Of a stretch of DNA of 64,000 nt, positions 58,655 to 64,000 are shown piece after piece. This stretch comes from Candidatus Levybacteria bacterium GW2011_GWA1_37_16 (GTDB taxonomy: Bacteria > Patescibacteriota > Microgenomatia > Levybacterales > UBA12049): the NCBI GenBank assembly GCA_943357985.1, contig CALRGR010000003.1, positions 6,496-70,495 of the forward strand, written 5' to 3'. Under the pieces are notes generated by a model that searched no databases, was not told the origin of the DNA, and was given only the letters and a program-made list of their open reading frames with translations. Both the position numbers and the translations under genes were made by a program. Within the stretch, counting starts at the first letter, position 1. Every line of letters starts with the position of its first letter.

Positions 58655-58706
58655 CCCACTTTAGACCACTTTAGACCATTTTGAACCGTTTTGAAGTACG
58701 TGTCAA
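58655..58706 (-). promoter_or_regulatory. mraZ promoter with MraZ-binding direct repeats
   Basis: Minus strand TTGACA-17nt-CAAAAT; ACGG/ATGG/GTGG/GTGG boxes at 10-bp period. Confidence 0.8.
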
Positions 58707-58763
58707 TAGGGAAAAAGAGCAAAATAGTAGACCATAGCGGACTAAAACACAAGATATGGGGAA

Positions 58764-58800
58764 GACTATTGACTATTTACGATTGACGATTTACGACTTA
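58764..58800. repeat. Period-7 array after the stop of the 58798-59241 gene
   Basis: GACTATT GACTATT TACGATT GACGATT TACGACT. Confidence 0.8.
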
Positions 58801-59241
58801 AAGGGATTCTTCTACTTGGAAGACATTTCCGTCTATTTTTGTGACTTTTACGACAATTTTTATATTACTGACTCCTTCATCATAGTGACAGACATCCGAA
58901 CAAGTTCCAAGAGTAATTTCTTTTGTTATTTTCTTGCCTGCAACCACATCTACGTGGCCAATTGCACCGCGTGGAATCTCTCCTGTTGAAGTATAGGAAA
59001 GCTCATAGTCAATAGATGCTATATCATCTGTCTTGTCAATTTCCAGGATTACTTTCTTTCCGTCTGCAGACATGAAAAGCATCAAGCCAATATCTTCCGG
59101 CTTAAGAGTAGCTATTGTTTGCTCCTGAGTCTGAGTAACAGGCGCTATTGCAGACTTTCTAGTAACTAAATAAACTCCTCCGACAATGAGAACTATTACG
59201 AGCGCTGCAACGCCAATTAAAATATTTTTATTATTTCTCAC
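58798..59241 (-). CDS. Hypothetical membrane-anchored protein
   Basis: N-terminal TM, YELSY..RGAIG, LGTCS..C.YD. Confidence 0.7.
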   Translation of the reverse strand: MRNNKNILIGVAALVIVLIVGGVYLVTRKSAIAPVTQTQEQTIATLKPEDIGLMLFMSADGKKVILEIDKTDDIASIDYELSYTSTGEIPRGAIGHVDVVAGKKITKEITLGTCSDVCHYDEGVSNIKIVVKVTKIDGNVFQVEESL

Positions 59242-59272
59242 TAATTATTTATTACAAATAAAACAAAGGAAG

Positions 59273-60745
59273 TCAAGAGACATGTTGCATTTCATTAATT
59301 TTTACTATTGTATCTGAGACTTTAGTCGGATATCTACCTGTAAAACATCCCCCGCAAAAACCATTTTGCTCAAAAATATCCCCTTCGATCTCAACCGGAT
59401 TACCCAACGCAGCTTCAAGCAGCTCTGCTTCGCTCAAATAATAAAGACTATCGAGCCCTAAATACTTTCTTCTTTCTTCAATATCCGGCATTTTATGCGC
59501 AAGTACTTCATCTTTTCCAAAATCTACTCCGTAAAAACACCCATCCTCTATAGGAGGAGAAGCAATCAAAGCATGTACTTCTCTTGCTCCCGCTTCTCTT
59601 AATTTTTCAACCACAATTCTTAAAGACCCTCTTACTAAGGAATCGTCTACCAAAACTACTCTCTTACCACGAACGACGGCTTCATTTATACTGTACTTTT
59701 GTGTAGCAGCTTTATCTCTTCCATTGGGCTGGATGAATGTTCTTGGACCATCCACAACATTTCTGTATGGATTTGTATATATGCCATCAATGTATGGAAT
59801 CTTTTTTTCTTTTGCTATTTCAGAGCTGGCAACTCCTTGAGCCGCACTTATACCGGATCTGGGAACAGGCATGATTACGTCAACATCCGGCATATGCCTT
59901 GATAAAATTTCTCCTTCTCTTAATCTAAATTCAACAACGGAAATACCAAATACATTACTATCCGGCCTAGATATATATATAAGTTCAAAAATACATTGAG
60001 CAAGATTGGCATCTTCTCTTTTGCCGATAGTTTTTACTCCGTCATCGTCTATCATGATGGTTTCCCCCGGAAGAACATCTCTTATAAATTCCGTTCCCGT
60101 AGAAAAACCTGATGTTTCAGACATAACTATATATCCGCCCGAATCCCTTAACCTTCCTATCGACAAAGGTCTGAATCCGTGCGGATCTCTACTTGCAAAT
60201 AAGGCGTCTTTTGTTGCAAAAACCATACTGTATGCACCTTCAAACTGTTCTACTCCTTTAACAATTTTCTCTCCTGCATCTCCTTCCATTTCATTAATCA
60301 CTGCAAGAGCAATTCTGGTATCACTCCTTGATCCATCAATTTCTTCTGCAATATCATATTTCCTGCGAAGCTCTTCTATATTTGTTAAATTACCATTATG
60401 TGCTATACCTATCCCATCATCTAAAAACGGCTGTAATTCTTCCAAAGAACCGGAAGTAGAATAACGATTATGACCAATACCAATAACTGCGTTATCTAAA
60501 TTCGGAAGCACATTTATCATTCCAAAAACAATAGAAGCAAGCCCTGCCCCTTTAGTTAAAACTATTTCTTCACCGTCCGTAATCAAAATCCCAGAACCTT
60601 CTTGTCCACGATGATTTAATTCAATCAATCCATTAAATACTGAAGACGAAATATCATAGGTTCTTGAAAAAATACCAACAACGGCACAGTTATCTTGGGG
60701 TTTTTCAACTGACTCATGAAATAGAAGACTTTCTGTCCTAGGCAT
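59273..60745 (-). CDS. purF: Amidophosphoribosyltransferase
   Basis: Propeptide then CAVVG, HRGQE, GHNRYST, AHNGNL, CIFE..Y..RPDS, VDDS.VRG, CGGCFTG.YP. Confidence 0.9.
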   Translation of the reverse strand: MPRTESLLFHESVEKPQDNCAVVGIFSRTYDISSSVFNGLIELNHRGQEGSGILITDGEEIVLTKGAGLASIVFGMINVLPNLDNAVIGIGHNRYSTSGSLEELQPFLDDGIGIAHNGNLTNIEELRRKYDIAEEIDGSRSDTRIALAVINEMEGDAGEKIVKGVEQFEGAYSMVFATKDALFASRDPHGFRPLSIGRLRDSGGYIVMSETSGFSTGTEFIRDVLPGETIMIDDDGVKTIGKREDANLAQCIFELIYISRPDSNVFGISVVEFRLREGEILSRHMPDVDVIMPVPRSGISAAQGVASSEIAKEKKIPYIDGIYTNPYRNVVDGPRTFIQPNGRDKAATQKYSINEAVVRGKRVVLVDDSLVRGSLRIVVEKLREAGAREVHALIASPPIEDGCFYGVDFGKDEVLAHKMPDIEERRKYLGLDSLYYLSEAELLEAALGNPVEIEGDIFEQNGFCGGCFTGRYPTKVSDTIVKINEMQHVS

Positions 60746-62111
60746 CTAGATTATTTTGGATAAATTCGGAAACAGAATCAATGCTAATTCTTTCCTGTTT
60801 TGCAGTGTCTCTGTCTCTTACGGTTATTGTAACATCCTGCAGCGTTTGAAAGTCAATAGTCAAACAATAGGGTGTTCCTATTTCATCCTGATAAAGATAT
60901 CTTTTTCCTATATTTCCCCTATCATCCCAATAAGTAGGAAAGTTTTTTCTTAAGTCTTCATAAACTTTCTTTGCTTTTTCAACCAGCTCCGGCTTATTTG
61001 CAAGAAGCGGGAAAACTGCTGCTTTGTACGGAGCAATCTTTGGAGAAAGTTTCAAAACAACTCTGCCTTCAATTTCCGAGTAAGCATCGCAAAGAACTGT
61101 TAGAAGTAAGCGATTGATGCCTACTGCAGGCTCTATAACATGAGGCGCAATTTTCTTACCGCTTTGCGGATCTGTGATTGATAAATCTTGTTTGGAAAAT
61201 TTTGAATGCTGTTTTAAATCATAGTCGGTTCTATATGCCAGTCCCCAAAGCTCCTTAAAGCCAAAAGGAAATTCATACTCCAAATCCACAGTTCTCTTAC
61301 TGTAAAACGAGCGCTCTTTATCATCATGCTCACGCCATTTAAGCTTGTCTTTTGAAACACCAAGAGTTTCTGTAACAAAAGCAAACATCTGTTTTTTCCA
61401 GTTTTCAAAAAGCTCTTGCCAATCACTAACTTCCGGGTCAAAAAAATATTCTATTTCTCCCTGTTCAAATTCCAATGTTCTAAAAACAGAATTTCCGGGA
61501 GTTATTTCATTTCTAAAACTTTTTCCAAGCTGTGCAATACCAAAAGGCAATTTAACCCGCGTTGAATCTACAACATTTTTGAAGTTTATAAACATTCCCT
61601 GAGCTGTTTCTCCCCGTAAATACGCCAACGACTGATCACCTTCAATAATTCCTAAGTTTACGGGAAACAGCAGATTGAACTTGCGTACTTCTGTCCAGTT
61701 AAATTTGCCGCAGTTTGGACAAGCTATTCTTCTATCTCTTATAATTTCTGATAACTTTTCTTCATTTAATCCCTCTGAATTTTCTTTTGTACTATCTTCT
61801 ATCAAATGGTCGGCGCGCATTCTAAGTTTACAGTTTTTACAGTCAACCAATGCATCTGCAAATCCGGTTGCGTGACCCGAAGCCTTCCACACTTCCTGAT
61901 GAGAAATAAGACTGGCATCAATTCCTACAATGTCCGTCTTTTTATGGACAAAATTATCCCACCAAAGATTTCTTATGTTTCTGAGCAACTCTGCTCCTAC
62001 AGGACCGTAATCATATGTGTTGGCAAGTCCTCCGTAAATTTCACTTCCAGGGAAAATAAAACCCCTTCTTTTGGAAAGGGAAACGATTTTATCCATTAAA
62101 TTATCTGTCAT
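60738..62111 (-). CDS. glyQS: Glycine--tRNA ligase (alpha2 type)
   Basis: KRRGF...EIYGG, LRGETAQG, GKSFRNEI, PHVIEP, IGKRY..QDEIGTP. Confidence 0.96.
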   Translation of the reverse strand: MTDNLMDKIVSLSKRRGFIFPGSEIYGGLANTYDYGPVGAELLRNIRNLWWDNFVHKKTDIVGIDASLISHQEVWKASGHATGFADALVDCKNCKLRMRADHLIEDSTKENSEGLNEEKLSEIIRDRRIACPNCGKFNWTEVRKFNLLFPVNLGIIEGDQSLAYLRGETAQGMFINFKNVVDSTRVKLPFGIAQLGKSFRNEITPGNSVFRTLEFEQGEIEYFFDPEVSDWQELFENWKKQMFAFVTETLGVSKDKLKWREHDDKERSFYSKRTVDLEYEFPFGFKELWGLAYRTDYDLKQHSKFSKQDLSITDPQSGKKIAPHVIEPAVGINRLLLTVLCDAYSEIEGRVVLKLSPKIAPYKAAVFPLLANKPELVEKAKKVYEDLRKNFPTYWDDRGNIGKRYLYQDEIGTPYCLTIDFQTLQDVTITVRDRDTAKQERISIDSVSEFIQNNLDA

Positions 62112-62114
62112 ATA

Positions 62115-62648
62115 TTAGTCAAAAAAAGGAAACATTCTCCTTGTCTTAAGACGTCTTTCAAGTATTTCTTCAATTAGCCCCTGTGTATTTACCAAATGCG
62201 TCTGGTGCGAAAAGCCCAAAGCGCTAAGAAGCTGCTTTTCAAAAGCAGAAATTAAAACTACATGATCTTCTCTGCTTTCTAGCTTTGACAAAACATCGCA
62301 AAGAAGAGAGAAAACTTGCGAGTTTTCCTGATTTTCTGCACAAAGACTATCTACGAGTTCACAAATATGATACGCAAAACCAACACTTTTAAGATTATCT
62401 TTAACACTTGAAAAGTTATCTATAGTTTCTACTTCTGTGAGCGTAGACATTGAACGGCCTTTATAAAGAGACAAAGAAACCAAGTTTAAAAGTTCTATAT
62501 GACCGGATCTTCTGCTTGAAATTTTCCTGACTCCTTTTGCCTGTATGGTAATTTTTCCGTGGTGTTTTGTGAAAACTGTCAAAAGCCTGTCTGCTTCTCC
62601 TATGTTTCTTCTTCTTATTACAACTCCTGTTGTTTTATAACTTCTCAT
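62115..62648 (-). CDS. recO: DNA repair protein RecO
   Basis: GEADRLL.VFT..HGK...AKGVRK..SR. Confidence 0.92.
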   Translation of the reverse strand: MRSYKTTGVVIRRRNIGEADRLLTVFTKHHGKITIQAKGVRKISSRRSGHIELLNLVSLSLYKGRSMSTLTEVETIDNFSSVKDNLKSVGFAYHICELVDSLCAENQENSQVFSLLCDVLSKLESREDHVVLISAFEKQLLSALGFSHQTHLVNTQGLIEEILERRLKTRRMFPFFD

Positions 62649-64000
62649 TTGGAAATCTTAAACTCTTTGTCTGTCAGAAGCGGGAACTCTGATTTCTTAC
62701 TGCCATTTACTTTAATTGTATATTGGTCAGAATATGTTCCTGGCTGCTTTTGGATAAGAACTGGAAAATCCGGAACAAACTTAACGCTTGCCGGCAGTTT
62801 ATATGAGATAGTAAATTTAGCTGATCCCTGAGGTCTTACCATTATAACTGCCTCATATACGGTTTTACCCAGCTCCTCATACATTTTTAACTTTACTTCC
62901 GATCCCTTGCTATCAACAAGAGTTGAACCTTTTGGAACATAAATCCTAAGCCAATCCCTAAGGACTGCATTTAGACAAAGATTGCCCCGCTCAAGATTAC
63001 AGTCTGAAGCCCTGTACGGATTTTTCCAATCAATAGTAACCGTTTTTATAATTGACCCATCGCTTACTTTGTAATCTGTAGTTACCGATTTTGTTACAAA
63101 AATATTTGACTTTGCGCCTCCAAAATTTGCCTCATTTATGTGAAGATAGTCTCCATCAAAAGTTTTTATAACTCCATCCGCGTTAATTGCATGAATTCCC
63201 TTCTGCGCTCCGCTGTCATACAGATTAAATAAAACATGTTTTTCGTTGATTTTAGCTATAAGATCCTGCATTAGAGGACCCCAATAAATTTTTGGAGAAG
63301 ATTTCAAGGCCTTATCCATAATTGCATACATCAAATCTCCAATAATTGCTTTTCTCCCCGCCTGAATTGCCGCAAGATTTGAAACCTTAATGTCAACATT
63401 TAAAGGCGTACTAATATTATCTTCCAGAGCGTAAATTACCTGTGGACAATCACATCTTTTGTCTATTTTTGTGGTAAACGTCATGCCTGCTGCAGAAACA
63501 CTGTCATCAAGTATTTTTATTGTTGAGACTAAAACGGAAGTATCAACAGCAATTATTCCATCAACCTTAACTTTTCCGGATGCCTTGTCATATATAGAAT
63601 TAAACGTTTTCATGGACTCTATAAAATCAGGAGAAAGATTTGAATCTCTAAGATTTAGAACGTTAACTTTTAAGTAGTCCACCAACACTTGCGGAGCTTT
63701 TGGCTTGCCAGGAATACCATTGTCTAAGTTGTAAATGTTATCCGATTTGTCTACGTGAATTACTCCTTTATCCAACCTAAATATTGAGTATGCTGTTATA
63801 AAACCTCCTGTAGGCCTTAACTCTTTATCATTTTGAAATATAACAAGATATTTTTTAGGCGTACTTGCACCCAACAGATCCGGCAATACTTTTATAAGAG
63901 GCTTTGCTTCTTTAACAAAACTTACTCCTGAGGCTAGAGATTTTTCAAGAGCCACCAAGCTATCGTGTGCTTTTTTAAGACCAAGGAAAGAATAGTAGTG
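62645..64000 (-). CDS. DUF4012-like membrane/secreted protein (5' end beyond window)
   Basis: YLVIFQN..ELRPTGGFI, RDSN.SPDF, N.GG.K.N, QKQPG. Confidence 0.8.
   Translation of the reverse strand, partial: HYYSFLGLKKAHDSLVALEKSLASGVSFVKEAKPLIKVLPDLLGASTPKKYLVIFQNDKELRPTGGFITAYSIFRLDKGVIHVDKSDNIYNLDNGIPGKPKAPQVLVDYLKVNVLNLRDSNLSPDFIESMKTFNSIYDKASGKVKVDGIIAVDTSVLVSTIKILDDSVSAAGMTFTTKIDKRCDCPQVIYALEDNISTPLNVDIKVSNLAAIQAGRKAIIGDLMYAIMDKALKSSPKIYWGPLMQDLIAKINEKHVLFNLYDSGAQKGIHAINADGVIKTFDGDYLHINEANFGGAKSNIFVTKSVTTDYKVSDGSIIKTVTIDWKNPYRASDCNLERGNLCLNAVLRDWLRIYVPKGSTLVDSKGSEVKLKMYEELGKTVYEAVIMVRPQGSAKFTISYKLPASVKFVPDFPVLIQKQPGTYSDQYTIKVNGSKKSEFPLLTDKEFKISK

Overview
AT-rich bacterial chromosomal window. 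Gene content and style point to Patescibacteria/CPR, probably Microgenomates (inference). It is mostly core genes: a PolX/PHP C-terminus, lemA-htpX, murT-gatD, gatCAB, dnaE, a complete F0F1 atp operon, a surface-polysaccharide cluster, lepB, parB, rpmA/rplU, rodA, ileS, a split dcw/peptidoglycan cluster (mraZ-rsmH-ftsL-ftsI ... murF-murE-murC-murA-glmU-glmS ... mraY-ftsW-murG-ftsQ-ftsA-ftsZ), purF, glyQS and recO. No CRISPR array, rRNA, transposase or integrase was seen. The most unusual signals are non-coding or sub-gene scale. (1) A complete tRNA-Val(CAC) is nested in the anticodon loop of a second, degenerate tRNA-Val(CAC) behind one promoter. (2) A promoter-to-terminator ~80-nt RNA of three GCAA-tetraloop hairpins faces a second structured GC-rich element. 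(3) Three families of tiny dispersed repeats (CCTGCC..GGCAGG palindromes, TCCTGAGC..GCCGAA elements, period-7 arrays) sit in frame inside essential genes and at gene junctions. (4) There is a cluster of head-to-tail collapsed mini-genes derived from a PD-(D/E)XK nuclease and a DNA methyltransferase. All calls were made by eye from motifs; no database searches were run.
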